The notes below the pieces were generated by a model. The model had not been told where the DNA came from. It saw only the letters and a program-made list of their open reading frames with translations, and made no database searches. From NCBI GenBank assembly GCA_964527695.1, contig CAZGRB010000001.1, forward strand, positions 1 to 38,241: a DNA stretch of 38,241 nucleotides. Direction: 5' to 3'. Position numbers and translations under genes: made by a program. Within the stretch, counting starts at the first letter, position 1, and each line of letters starts with the position of its first letter. Source of the stretch: an uncultured Ruminiclostridium sp. (GTDB lineage Bacteria > Bacillota > Clostridia > Oscillospirales > Ruminococcaceae). Shown here piece after piece: positions 7,571 to 17,117 of this stretch.

Positions 7571-8557
7571 GAATGTAAAATTCATAGGCCCGCTCTTTGG
7601 AGCTGCAGGCTGCTGAGGTGAAGGTGCGGATGCGCCTCCTACGCTGGGCATTGAATTGAAAGGAACCTCCTTGCGCTCTGTGCCCGGGATACGCATATAA
7701 CCGGGGCGTTCAGGCTCAGGCTCAGGCTTTACAGCATCAGCCATCTGATACATATTCTTGAGCTCAACAGTTTGATTGCTGGGCTTTATATCTGTTGCTT
7801 CATCAACAAAGCCGGGAGTATCGGTGTTTTCTTCAAGTTCTGTAACTTCATCCACAGGAAGCTCAATCTGTCCGTAATACGCACCTTTCCCGTGCTTGCG
7901 CTGATAGTGCTTGTCAAGGAGAGACTGCTGAATACGTGTGATTCCGAACTCGAAATTCATATTGTAAAGCGCCATGTGGGCAACCTCTTCCAGTACAAGT
8001 GCATTTTCAACGGACTTTGCAGGACTTGTGCCCCATGTAAAGGGCCCGTGGGAGGCTACAAGACAAGCAGGTATATCCATGCAGTTAATACGGCGTGACG
8101 CAAAGGTATCGGAAATATGGAAGCCTGTCTGCTTTTCGTATTCACCGTTTATCTGGCTGTCATCCATAGGGAGAGTACAGGGAATGTCGCCGTAGAAATA
8201 GTCAGCATGGGTTGTACCGTAAGCAGGAATGTCAAGACCTGCCTGCGCCCAGATTGTGGCATATTTTGAATGTGTATGGGTAATGCCTGAAATTTCCTCA
8301 AAGGTCTGATAAAGCGCAATATGGGTAGGAGTATCGGTTGAAGGGTTATAAGTGCCCTCCACAACCTCACCGCTGAGGCTTACAATAACCATATTTTCAG
8401 GACTGAGCTGTTCATAGGGAACACCCGAGGGCTTGATTACAACAAGACCCTTTTCACGGTCAACGCCCGAAACATTACCCCATGTGAGCTTTACAAGTCC
8501 GTATTTCTGAAGCATCATATTGGCTTCATATACCTGTTTTCTTAATTCTTCAAGCAT
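7568..8557 (-). CDS. araD: L-ribulose-5-phosphate 4-epimerase (class II aldolase family) with a ~100-aa C-terminal extension
   Basis: TWGNVSG, IKPSGV, PSTDTPTH, HTHS, GTTHADYFYG, SHGPFTWG and HYQRKHGKGAYYGQ. The ORF continues about 99 codons past the usual YYGQ end. Confidence 0.92.
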   Translation of the reverse strand: MLEELRKQVYEANMMLQKYGLVKLTWGNVSGVDREKGLVVIKPSGVPYEQLSPENMVIVSLSGEVVEGTYNPSTDTPTHIALYQTFEEISGITHTHSKYATIWAQAGLDIPAYGTTHADYFYGDIPCTLPMDDSQINGEYEKQTGFHISDTFASRRINCMDIPACLVASHGPFTWGTSPAKSVENALVLEEVAHMALYNMNFEFGITRIQQSLLDKHYQRKHGKGAYYGQIELPVDEVTELEENTDTPGFVDEATDIKPSNQTVELKNMYQMADAVKPEPEPERPGYMRIPGTERKEVPFNSMPSVGGASAPSPQQPAAPKSGPMNFTF

Positions 8558-8690
8558 ACATTACACTCCGTTTCTTCAGTTGAGTAATACATTTATTATA
8601 TACTATTTCCCTTTTTATTACAAGTGCCGGAAAAAAATTCTATGAATCATAGTAAAACGTTTACATTTTTTTGTGCAGTATAACAAAAAC

Positions 8691-8727
8691 ACTTTGCCTT
8701 TTGAATGAAAAATGAAAAGCAAAAGCG
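8691..8727 (-). terminator. Probable terminator of the DHH-moxR1 operon
   Basis: Minus strand CGCTTTTGCTTTT...AAAAGGCAAAGTG followed by TTTTT. Confidence 0.5.
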
Positions 8728-8740
8728 GATAATTATGGAG

Positions 8741-10024
8741 TCAGTCTCTGACCTTTACAAGAGCTGCCGCACTGCTGACAAGGGAATCAAGTGCAGACAG
8801 CTGTTCTGCGGTGACAGCTTCCCCGTCGTAGCGGAGCCTGTCATAAGCTGTTGTAATTGTAATAAGCTCTGCGCCGAAGATATCCCTGCCCTTTTCGTAC
8901 TGGTCGGTTACCGTATCGGCTGCGGAAAGCTTAGCCCTGCAGTATTTCATCTGCCGCAGCAGCACCGCATATCCCAGCCTGTATTTTTTTTCAGGGTCAG
9001 ATTCCTTCCTGTACTGCTTCATAAGAGTGGAATAGGATAAATCCCTTACTCTGCGGATATCATATACCTGTTCGAATACGTCCACGAATTCAGGCTCAGC
9101 TTCGGAAAGCTCGGTTTCCTTTGCAAAAAAACCGATTATGCGGCTGAAGAAATTCCTTATTGTATTCCAAAGCTGACGACGGAAAATTATAATCAATGCG
9201 ATTATCACAGCAAAAAACAGCAGATTCCAGATATCGTAGCTTGAATACTCCATATTACCTGTGTAATCTGCGTTGTTGCCGCCGCTTTCAATTGACATAA
9301 ACTCCGAATAGCCGTTCATCATAAACATAAAAAGCTTTATGAAAAGCCGTATTATCTCATTCAGCAGCCATACTATCCTGTCTGAAAACACATACAGCAG
9401 AAGTCCGCAGACCGTAACTCCCGTTACAAGTGCGGCATTATAGCCCGACAACCCTTTGGGCAGCATTGCACGGGTTTCCTTACGCTGATTGGCTCTGTCA
9501 TAGATGCCGCTCTGGTTTATAAGAAGCGCCGCAAGACACATTTCCACCATAAATGCAATTATAACCGCCGTCTGAACAGGCTCTTTAAGCTCCCTGTTGC
9601 ACATCGCCCCGTAGAAAAGGTAGCAAAGCAGGGTCACAGCAATATACACCCCGAACATAAACGCAGGGAAAATATCCGCATAGTGCTTACGTGCGGCACG
9701 TTCGCCCAGAAAATACCACAATACACAGGAAGCACCTGCCGAAAAAATGATACCAACCTCGTCGGTAAAAGGAAGAAGCAGGAAGGCCGCAAAGAATGTA
9801 AGCAGGCCTGCAAACCTCTCAATCAATATCAGTTTCTTACGCTTTATTGTAACCCGTCCGAAGGCATAGCCGATTCCGAAAACAACGCCGAAGCCTGCAT
9901 AATAGGACAGAATGCGAAGTGCCGATATGTTTTCAAAGCTCAGCACATCGTTTGTAAGCACAAAAGGAAAGGTTACAAGTCCGAAGGAAATAACCGCAAG
10001 AAATTTAAGTATTCCCGAACGCAT
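8741..10024 (-). CDS. Polytopic membrane protein with DUF4129-like C-terminus (MoxR-associated, no transglutaminase domain)
   Basis: About 9-10 hydrophobic segments and a soluble C-terminus ending ITTAYDRLRYDG. Lies directly downstream of a DUF58 gene. Confidence 0.65.
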   Translation of the reverse strand: MRSGILKFLAVISFGLVTFPFVLTNDVLSFENISALRILSYYAGFGVVFGIGYAFGRVTIKRKKLILIERFAGLLTFFAAFLLLPFTDEVGIIFSAGASCVLWYFLGERAARKHYADIFPAFMFGVYIAVTLLCYLFYGAMCNRELKEPVQTAVIIAFMVEMCLAALLINQSGIYDRANQRKETRAMLPKGLSGYNAALVTGVTVCGLLLYVFSDRIVWLLNEIIRLFIKLFMFMMNGYSEFMSIESGGNNADYTGNMEYSSYDIWNLLFFAVIIALIIIFRRQLWNTIRNFFSRIIGFFAKETELSEAEPEFVDVFEQVYDIRRVRDLSYSTLMKQYRKESDPEKKYRLGYAVLLRQMKYCRAKLSAADTVTDQYEKGRDIFGAELITITTAYDRLRYDGEAVTAEQLSALDSLVSSAAALVKVRD

Positions 10025-10045
10025 ATAACCACTCCTTTCGTAAAA

Positions 10046-11152
10046 TCAATCCTTTAAAAATGTGTATCGGTGTATTCTTCCCAGATGAATGACCTCATGA
10101 CCGCAGTCCTTTTCGTCATTGCAGCAGAAGAACACATTTCTGCCCAGTCTTTTCTGAGCACGTGCAAAGTCAAGCATTCTTTGGTCAATATAAGATGTAA
10201 TCACAGCAATATCAGTGATTTCGTCAAAGTCGATGCAACCGCAGAAATCGCTGAAATCCGTGTCGCAGGTGTTTTCAAGACCCGCAAGGGTACGCAGTAT
10301 TCCCAGATAATCCTCTTCCGAAGCTCCGCCGTTTTCAAGGATTTTCCCCGAGCCGTTGGTAGCAAAGGAAACGGAAATTTTCTGCGCCGCATACATATCT
10401 ATAAGAAAAGCCGCCGCCTTTATCATGGTTTCCGTGTCGGCAATCATGGGCGGTCTCGGGTCGCCGATTCCCGTTTTCTGCATATTCATCAGGATAAGCA
10501 CACGGTTTTCCGTTGTGAAATCGTTGTTGAACACCATGAGGCGACCCTCTTTTGCAGTACTGCTCCAGTGGACACGGTTCATGGGTTCTCTGCCTGTGTA
10601 TTCACGTGACCCCGATTTTAAAAACGGGTCGTCACAGATAAAACGTCGGGTAAGAATCTCTCCTGCAAGCTCCTCACTGGACAATTCTCCCTCGCCTACT
10701 TCATAGGGCGACGGCAGAATCCGTATGGACTGCCCTGTTTTTACACTCCTCGAAACGCAGGCAAGTCCCAGTAAATCTCCGCCGATAAGGGAGGTGCTTT
10801 CAAGGGTGAAAATTCCTCTTTTAAGGGCAACTGCCTTACGTGTACGGGTGCATTTCTGATAAGGCTTCAGGGCAAAAACACTGGGAACAAAGCGTGCGTC
10901 CGAGCCGCGTGCCGCCGCACTTCCCGTAAATTCCAGCCATCGGCTTGTAGAAAGCTCGGTTTTGAGCCACGGTACGGGAAGCCACTTATTGTTGACAACT
11001 TCCTCGACAATTTCGATTTCTTCACCCTCAAAGGCTTCATCAGTGTTGAAAGCTACTGTGTATTCAACGTTTTTCAGCACGGTTTTGCGGTAAAGAAGCT
11101 GTTCCGCAAAGACAACAGCTCCCACAATCAGTAAAATAGCAATAAGCTCCAT
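10046..11152 (-). CDS. DUF58 domain protein (MoxR partner)
   Basis: N-terminal TM, KRGIF, and SREYTGREPMNRVHWSSTAKEGRLMV motif. Confidence 0.85.
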   Translation of the reverse strand: MELIAILLIVGAVVFAEQLLYRKTVLKNVEYTVAFNTDEAFEGEEIEIVEEVVNNKWLPVPWLKTELSTSRWLEFTGSAAARGSDARFVPSVFALKPYQKCTRTRKAVALKRGIFTLESTSLIGGDLLGLACVSRSVKTGQSIRILPSPYEVGEGELSSEELAGEILTRRFICDDPFLKSGSREYTGREPMNRVHWSSTAKEGRLMVFNNDFTTENRVLILMNMQKTGIGDPRPPMIADTETMIKAAAFLIDMYAAQKISVSFATNGSGKILENGGASEEDYLGILRTLAGLENTCDTDFSDFCGCIDFDEITDIAVITSYIDQRMLDFARAQKRLGRNVFFCCNDEKDCGHEVIHLGRIHRYTFLKD

Positions 11153-11166
11153 AATTACTCCGTAAA

Positions 11167-12117
11167 TCAGCCGATTTCTTCCGTGGGGACAGGAACGGTA
11201 TCCAGAAGCTGTTCTGTGATTTCCTCTGCGGCACTCTTCTTGCTGAGAGAAAGAGACAGCTCACGGCATACAAGTCTGTGAGGGATTACATAGGGTGCAA
11301 CCGCCTTTACGCAGTCGGGGTTTACAAACTCCATGCCCTTTACCGCCGCATAAGCCTGTGACATTTTCTTTAAGGCGATAAGACCTCTGGTGCTGAGTCC
11401 CAGACGGATTTTTTCGTGATTCCTTGTAGCTGTGCCAAGGTCGGAAATATAACCTAAAACCGCTTCATTCACTCTAATGTTGAGCGCCTCCTTACGGACG
11501 GACAATAAATCTTCCGCTGTAAGCACTGCGCTGATTTCCGAAATGGGGTGGGTTTCGCCGATACCCGAAAGAATACCGATTTCCGTTTCACGTTCGGTAT
11601 AGCCGAGGGACATACGGATTAAGAAACGGTCAAGCTGGGCCTCGGGGAGCGGATATGTGCCTGCAGTTTCAACAGGGTTCTGTGTTGCAATAACAAAGAA
11701 CGGCTCGGAAAGTCCGTGTGTTTCTCCGTCGATAGTTGTCTGACGCTCTTCCATACATTCCAGAAGCGCAGACTGAGTTCGGGGAGTTGCACGGTTTATT
11801 TCATCCGCAAGGAGGATATTGGTAAAAACAGGGCCCTTTCTGAAACGGAATTCCTGTTCCTTCATGTTGTAGAAATTGATACCGGTAATATCAGATGGAA
11901 GCAGGTCGGGGGTGAACTGGATACGGCGGAAATCGCAGTCAAGGGATTTAGCCATTGCACGGGCGAATACGGTTTTACCTGTACCGGGAACGTCCTCCAG
12001 CAGTACATGACCACCGCATATAAGCGCCGCTGCCGCAAGGTCGGTTTCCTTTTCCTTGCCCTTTATTACCTTTCCGATATTTTCTCTGAGTTTTTCAGCA
12101 AATTCTCTGGTCTTCAT
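11167..12117 (-). CDS. moxR: MoxR-family AAA+ ATPase (copy 1)
   Basis: HVLLEDVPGTGKT (Walker A), RIQFTPDLLPSDITG, LLADEINRATPRTQSALLE and YPLPEAQLDRF. Confidence 0.95.
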   Translation of the reverse strand: MKTREFAEKLRENIGKVIKGKEKETDLAAAALICGGHVLLEDVPGTGKTVFARAMAKSLDCDFRRIQFTPDLLPSDITGINFYNMKEQEFRFRKGPVFTNILLADEINRATPRTQSALLECMEERQTTIDGETHGLSEPFFVIATQNPVETAGTYPLPEAQLDRFLIRMSLGYTERETEIGILSGIGETHPISEISAVLTAEDLLSVRKEALNIRVNEAVLGYISDLGTATRNHEKIRLGLSTRGLIALKKMSQAYAAVKGMEFVNPDCVKAVAPYVIPHRLVCRELSLSLSKKSAAEEITEQLLDTVPVPTEEIG

Positions 12118-12147
12118 TTTCTTTTCCTTTCAGCGGATTAATCTAAA

Positions 12148-12178
12148 TTATGCCGCACACTGAAAATGTGCGGCATAA
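12148..12178 (-). other. Intergenic stem-loop between the DHH gene and moxR1 (weak terminator or stabiliser)
   Basis: TTATGCCGCACA-7 nt-TGTGCGGCATAA; only a short, broken U-tract on the coding strand. Confidence 0.6.
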
Positions 12179-12182
12179 AGCT

Positions 12183-13115
12183 TTATACATTGTAATATTT
12201 ATCGTAGTTTACAAGCTCGTCAAGCATCTTGGGAAGCTCTGTATCCATGTTTTCATCTGTAAACTGGCAGGTGCCCACAGCCTTATGACCGCCGCCGCCG
12301 TATTTCAGCATAAGCTGGCCTACATTAACCTTGCTGGTGCGGTTGAGGATAGAATAGCCTACCGCAGCAGAACATCCCTGACCGCCCTTGCCTGAAACAA
12401 TCCATGCGGAAATATTCTGCTCGGGATAGAGACTGTAAATCATAAAGCGGTTGCCTGTATAAATAGGTTCAACACCGCGTAAATCGGTGATTATTACATC
12501 GCCCTTGATAACTGTGTGAGCAGCTACCATTTCCTTGAAAAGCTCAGCCTGCTCATTGTATACATCAATTCTTTCCTTAATGTCGGGTAAGTCAAGAATT
12601 TCCTGTGTAGTCATTGTACGGCAACATACGAGAAGCTTTTCCATAAGCTGATAGTTACTTATCGTGAAATTGCGGAAGCGTCCTAAACCTGTTCTGGGGT
12701 CCATAAGGAAGCCCACTAAAATCCAGCCCTTGGGATTCAGGATTTCGTCAATTGTAAGATTGCCGCTGTCTACCTTGTCAACAGCCACCATAAGGTCGTC
12801 AAACTGCGGGAAGCGTTCCTTTCCGCCATAGTATTCATAGATAATGCGTGCGCAGCTGGGAGTAATGCGGCTTTCGCCCTTGTACTTGCCCTCAAGCTGA
12901 TTGCGCTCGTATTCGCTGGAATGATGGTCAAACCATAAGCCGCAGCCCTCAACAAAGGGAACGTTTGCGAGAACATCGTTTTCCGTTACGGGAACAAGTC
13001 CGTCCTGAATATCCTTGGGATGCTTGAAGGTGTAGGAATCAATAATTCCAGCTTCTAAAAGAAGCGCACCGCATGCAAGACCGTCAAAGTCGGAACGGGT
13101 AATCAAATTCATCAT
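12183..13115 (-). CDS. DHH/DHHA1-family phosphoesterase (exopolyphosphatase-like / nanoRNase-like)
   Basis: RSDFDG, WFDHHSSE and C-terminal GGGGHKAVG motifs. Confidence 0.88.
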   Translation of the reverse strand: MMNLITRSDFDGLACGALLLEAGIIDSYTFKHPKDIQDGLVPVTENDVLANVPFVEGCGLWFDHHSSEYERNQLEGKYKGESRITPSCARIIYEYYGGKERFPQFDDLMVAVDKVDSGNLTIDEILNPKGWILVGFLMDPRTGLGRFRNFTISNYQLMEKLLVCCRTMTTQEILDLPDIKERIDVYNEQAELFKEMVAAHTVIKGDVIITDLRGVEPIYTGNRFMIYSLYPEQNISAWIVSGKGGQGCSAAVGYSILNRTSKVNVGQLMLKYGGGGHKAVGTCQFTDENMDTELPKMLDELVNYDKYYNV

Positions 13116-13160
13116 GGTTATGTACCATCCTTTCAGGTAAATATTTAATCAGCTGAAACA

Positions 13161-13189
13161 ATTATACCAAAACTTTTTAAGTTTTGCAA
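13161..13189 (-). promoter_or_regulatory. Sigma-A promoter of the DHH(-moxR1) unit
   Basis: TTGCAA-17 bp-TATAAT with TGn. Confidence 0.7.
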
Positions 13190-13216
13190 TATTTTTTTGC
13201 AAAATTACTATATTTT

Positions 13217-15877
13217 TTACAAAAACAGTTTGATTCTTGTTACAAATCTTCCCAATGCACTCCTGTTTTCCATATACTTACGGTAAATCGCCGCCGTAAA
13301 CTTGTATACGGCCGCCCTTTCCTCCTCGGAAACAGGTGCAAGCTCAGATGTACCGAATTCGCATTTTATAAATACAGGCATTACGTCTACAAGGAATACG
13401 TTTGTTCCCTTCAGGAAAATAGACGAGTCAACCCTTACGGCAAAATCATTCATAAGCTCACAGCCGGGAGTAAGACCTTCCTTGTCAAGTATAAGTACTG
13501 CAAGCTTATACATTTCCTGACAGGCACGGTAGGGATTCTTTTTACGGAAGCCTGTCCAAACCTTTTTTTCTGAGTTATCAAGGTGCTTCAAAAACATATG
13601 AACTGCCACTATAATAAGGGCAATTGCCGCTATAACGCAGAGAATTGCTATAATAACAGAAATAAGCGGGTTGTCCTCCTCGGGAATTACCACAGGCTCA
13701 CCGCCTGTTCCTTCTCCTGTTCCTGCTGTGACGTCTGCCGCTACGGGAGGCTTTGTGGTAATATCCGCTTCTTCGGTAAGGTCAGGCACCTCATCACCCT
13801 CATCACTGAGTGTTGTCACAGGTGCGGGAGTGGTTACAGTAGTAATTTCAGATGTAACAGGGGGATTTTCTTCATGAACGCCCTCTGCCGCCATTCCGTC
13901 AAAGCCGTCAACTGCCGCCGTTGGGTCAAAGGGGAGCCAGCCGATATTATCAACATATACTTCTACCCATGCGTGCAAATCCTTTTCACGTAAGGTGTAT
14001 TTGTATCCGCCGTCAACCGCTTCGCCTTCCCCTGCCACAACATAGCCTGTCACATATCTTGCAGGTACATCAAGCTCACGGAGAGCAAGAGTTGTTGCAG
14101 TAGCGAAAAGGGCGCAGTGGCCCTGCTTTGTTTCATAAAGGAAATTATCCAGCACCTCAGCGCCCGAACCGTTATCAACGGAAAGAGAATAGCTGAAATT
14201 CTGACGGAAATAGTCACAGATACCCTGCGCCTTTGAATAAGGAGTCATCCAGTCGGCAATATAACCGCTGTCATAAAGCACTGTTATAAGACCGTCTATA
14301 TTTTCGTAGTTCTGCTCTGTGTATGCCGCCTTTACATAATCGTCATAGGAAATGACAAGAGAGTTGTATATAAGGTCTTCCGTCTGATATGCACCGTACA
14401 TAGCGTTGCTTATAACGCTTTCAACACCTCCGAAGGACATATTCGGAGTAAGTGCAAGATTTTCGATTGTATTAAGGTAATTCATACCGTCTTTTGTTCT
14501 GAGGATATAGTCTCCGTAGCTGTCAAAATAGCTGCTTGTCTTGTACTCGGGAGAATAGACAGCCAACGGCTGAAAAACAACTGCGGTACGTTTGCGGTAG
14601 GTCACCGAAACCTTCTGCAGAGGCAGGAAATCATCAGGCTCATAGCCTGCGGCAGCCACAATCTGACGAGTGTTTTCATATATGGTTTCAGGGTAGAAAT
14701 CCTTTATTCTCTCCCATATAAGATCACCCTGATATGTTACATTTTTATACTCATCGCTGATTGACGTCCAGTTCACACCTCTGAAATTAACGCCGATATC
14801 ACCCTTTAAATAAACGGGAATATCATTTCTGCCGAGAGTAACATCAAGCACGGGAGAAGCACTGTCAGAGGGCTTGCTGATACCGATACCGCCTGAGTTG
14901 TCACCGTACTGGGAATAGCTGAAATATTCGCTCTGAGCATCGGAGCTGCCGAAATCAACTCCCCATTTTTCCTCAATCTTAGAAACAAAATCCGCACTCA
15001 TCTCCTGTACATCAGAAAACAGCTTTTCGTAATCAAAGGTTGTACCCTGAGGAATAACATTACCCATTGTAACAGCAATAGCAACAGCTGACACAAAAGA
15101 AATAACACCATTTGAGGAGTATTTCATGTAACGGGGAATATCGCTGCGAAGCTTACGTCCGAAAACGGCAAGCCCTCTGCGGCGTCGGTAAGTCTTTTCG
15201 TTGCGGCGTGCCGCCTCCCCTGCTTCGCTGCGGTTTCCGTGATTGAACATTCCGTCCAGCTCGTAACCCATGCGTATTGCATAGAAGCCCAGGAAGAAAG
15301 CCGTGAAAACGGCTATTGAAACGTGATAACCGGCAATCTCTGCCACAAAAGCGGGAGCGGCAAAGGTTGCGAAAACAAGTAATGTGTAAAAGCCGTGGAA
15401 ACGTGTGCGGCAGCAGGCGGCAAACAGTATGCCCATAAGAACTCCCACAAGAGAAAGTCCGAGAATACAGGCTTCCTCTGTCTGCATTCCGCTTGCTTCA
15501 GGGTGAATTATAAATTTCTCTGTGTCAAGAAGCCTGCTGTCCAGCCGTACCATAAGATAATCAAAGAAATACGCAAGCTTTTCAATAAGCTCATCTCTGA
15601 GGAACAGCGCCCCGAAGCCTGCAAGAGAAAGAAAATACACAATTCCCGACGGCAGGACAGAAGCAAGTATGAAAATTACCGCAGAGGTTACACCTGCCGC
15701 AATTGCCGCCTCTGTAAGTCCGTACTCCATAAGCAGGAAATCGCCCACCGCATAAACGGCGGAGGCGGATAATCCGGACAGCAGAACAAGCCTTATCAGA
15801 AAAAGCCTGATAAGGCACGGGGACTTATTGAAATATGTATCATTCAGAACGGTATTCTGACGTTCCTTTTTATTCAT
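13217..15877 (-). CDS. Membrane transglutaminase-like protein (TgpA/YebA-like)
   Basis: Several N-terminal TMs and an intact Cys-His-Asp triad (GHCALFA...PARYVTGY...HAWVEVY...GWLPFDPT). Followed by a Thr/Pro/Glu linker, a C-terminal TM and a cytoplasmic tail. Confidence 0.9.
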   Translation of the reverse strand: MNKKERQNTVLNDTYFNKSPCLIRLFLIRLVLLSGLSASAVYAVGDFLLMEYGLTEAAIAAGVTSAVIFILASVLPSGIVYFLSLAGFGALFLRDELIEKLAYFFDYLMVRLDSRLLDTEKFIIHPEASGMQTEEACILGLSLVGVLMGILFAACCRTRFHGFYTLLVFATFAAPAFVAEIAGYHVSIAVFTAFFLGFYAIRMGYELDGMFNHGNRSEAGEAARRNEKTYRRRRGLAVFGRKLRSDIPRYMKYSSNGVISFVSAVAIAVTMGNVIPQGTTFDYEKLFSDVQEMSADFVSKIEEKWGVDFGSSDAQSEYFSYSQYGDNSGGIGISKPSDSASPVLDVTLGRNDIPVYLKGDIGVNFRGVNWTSISDEYKNVTYQGDLIWERIKDFYPETIYENTRQIVAAAGYEPDDFLPLQKVSVTYRKRTAVVFQPLAVYSPEYKTSSYFDSYGDYILRTKDGMNYLNTIENLALTPNMSFGGVESVISNAMYGAYQTEDLIYNSLVISYDDYVKAAYTEQNYENIDGLITVLYDSGYIADWMTPYSKAQGICDYFRQNFSYSLSVDNGSGAEVLDNFLYETKQGHCALFATATTLALRELDVPARYVTGYVVAGEGEAVDGGYKYTLREKDLHAWVEVYVDNIGWLPFDPTAAVDGFDGMAAEGVHEENPPVTSEITTVTTPAPVTTLSDEGDEVPDLTEEADITTKPPVAADVTAGTGEGTGGEPVVIPEEDNPLISVIIAILCVIAAIALIIVAVHMFLKHLDNSEKKVWTGFRKKNPYRACQEMYKLAVLILDKEGLTPGCELMNDFAVRVDSSIFLKGTNVFLVDVMPVFIKCEFGTSELAPVSEEERAAVYKFTAAIYRKYMENRSALGRFVTRIKLFL

Positions 15878-15913
15878 ATAAGCAGTTCCTCTGTCCGAAG
15901 AGATTTGCCGCAG

Positions 15914-17113
15914 TTATTCAAAAAGCGCTGCTTCCAGTGATGCGGCTATATTGTCAGGGTCGATATAGCTTACCCTTATTCTTGTATCTGTATCCGCAAG
16001 AGCCATAAAGCCCTCGTCAGGTTTTTCCGTGGTAAGGAAAACACGTATGCCCGTGCAGGCGGCAAGAGACTCCGCAAGGGCAGTTCTGAGTGCTTCGGTC
16101 TGCATAACCGTAGCGAAAATGAACACAAGCCCCGAATCCCTTATGGTCTGAGCGCCGTCGGCGGCAAGCGGAACAAGGTTCTTTTCAGCTTCGCATACGG
16201 GAATAACCGAAAATTTGCGGTACAGGTATTCAAAATCATCTGCCGTCTGTGCGGCAATAATTTCCGTTTCCTTTTCCTCGTTGTTATATATGCAGGCAGC
16301 CGTACTGCCTTCTGTGATAATTTTTCTTGCAACCGCAAGCGCCGCTTCCAGTAATGCGTCAACCTCACGCTCGCCCTGAAGCTCGTCCTCGTACACTGAG
16401 CTTGTGTCAATAAGCAATGCCGCACTGCTGCTGAGATTCAGGTCAGACTGCTTTACCATAAGCTTATCCTGCTTTGCGGAAAGCTTCCAGTGCACACGTC
16501 TGAGAGAATCCCCATCGGCATATTCACGCACGGAAGTAAAGGTATCATTTTCAAAGAATGTATACTGTGTGCGGAGGCTGTCGGTTTCTTCGTCGCAGAG
16601 TGCGCCGTTTTCGCCCAGAATAAGTCTGCGGGGTGCAACAACAACATTGCATACAGGCAGATTTTTCAGCTTGAAACGGAAAAGCCCGAGAAAATCATAA
16701 AGCTCGGCACTTGTTATTCCGAGAGTATATGCACCTCTGTACTTGAGAAAGCCGTCAAAAACAAACTCAGACCTGCCGAAGGGCATAACGCTTGCCACAA
16801 TAAGCTTATCCTTTATGAGATTCCCGTCGTCGTCCTGAAATGTACCTGTCATTTTCAGAGGCGAAATCGGAAATAAAAAGCGGTTCTTCACCTTTACGGC
16901 AAGCGTAAAGCGCCTTTGCTTTGTTGTGAAGATATTGAGACTTGAAAGCTCAAGAGCAACCGCAAATCTTGTAAATAACAGCACTACAAAGGATATGACG
17001 GGCAGAAACAGCAGGGTCAGCATGATCACAAGGGTGAGCTTGCTGGCATATGCCGCCGCAAACACCACCGACATTGCAAGTATAAAAATATATGTTACTC
17101 TGTATTTTACCAT
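15914..17113 (-). CDS. DUF58 domain protein (MoxR partner)
   Basis: Two N-terminal TMs, YRGAY, DFLGLF, VREYADGDSLRRVHWKLSAKQDKLMVK and LIDTS. Confidence 0.9.
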   Translation of the reverse strand: MVKYRVTYIFILAMSVVFAAAYASKLTLVIMLTLLFLPVISFVVLLFTRFAVALELSSLNIFTTKQRRFTLAVKVKNRFLFPISPLKMTGTFQDDDGNLIKDKLIVASVMPFGRSEFVFDGFLKYRGAYTLGITSAELYDFLGLFRFKLKNLPVCNVVVAPRRLILGENGALCDEETDSLRTQYTFFENDTFTSVREYADGDSLRRVHWKLSAKQDKLMVKQSDLNLSSSAALLIDTSSVYEDELQGEREVDALLEAALAVARKIITEGSTAACIYNNEEKETEIIAAQTADDFEYLYRKFSVIPVCEAEKNLVPLAADGAQTIRDSGLVFIFATVMQTEALRTALAESLAACTGIRVFLTTEKPDEGFMALADTDTRIRVSYIDPDNIAASLEAALFE

Positions 17114-17117
17114 AATA

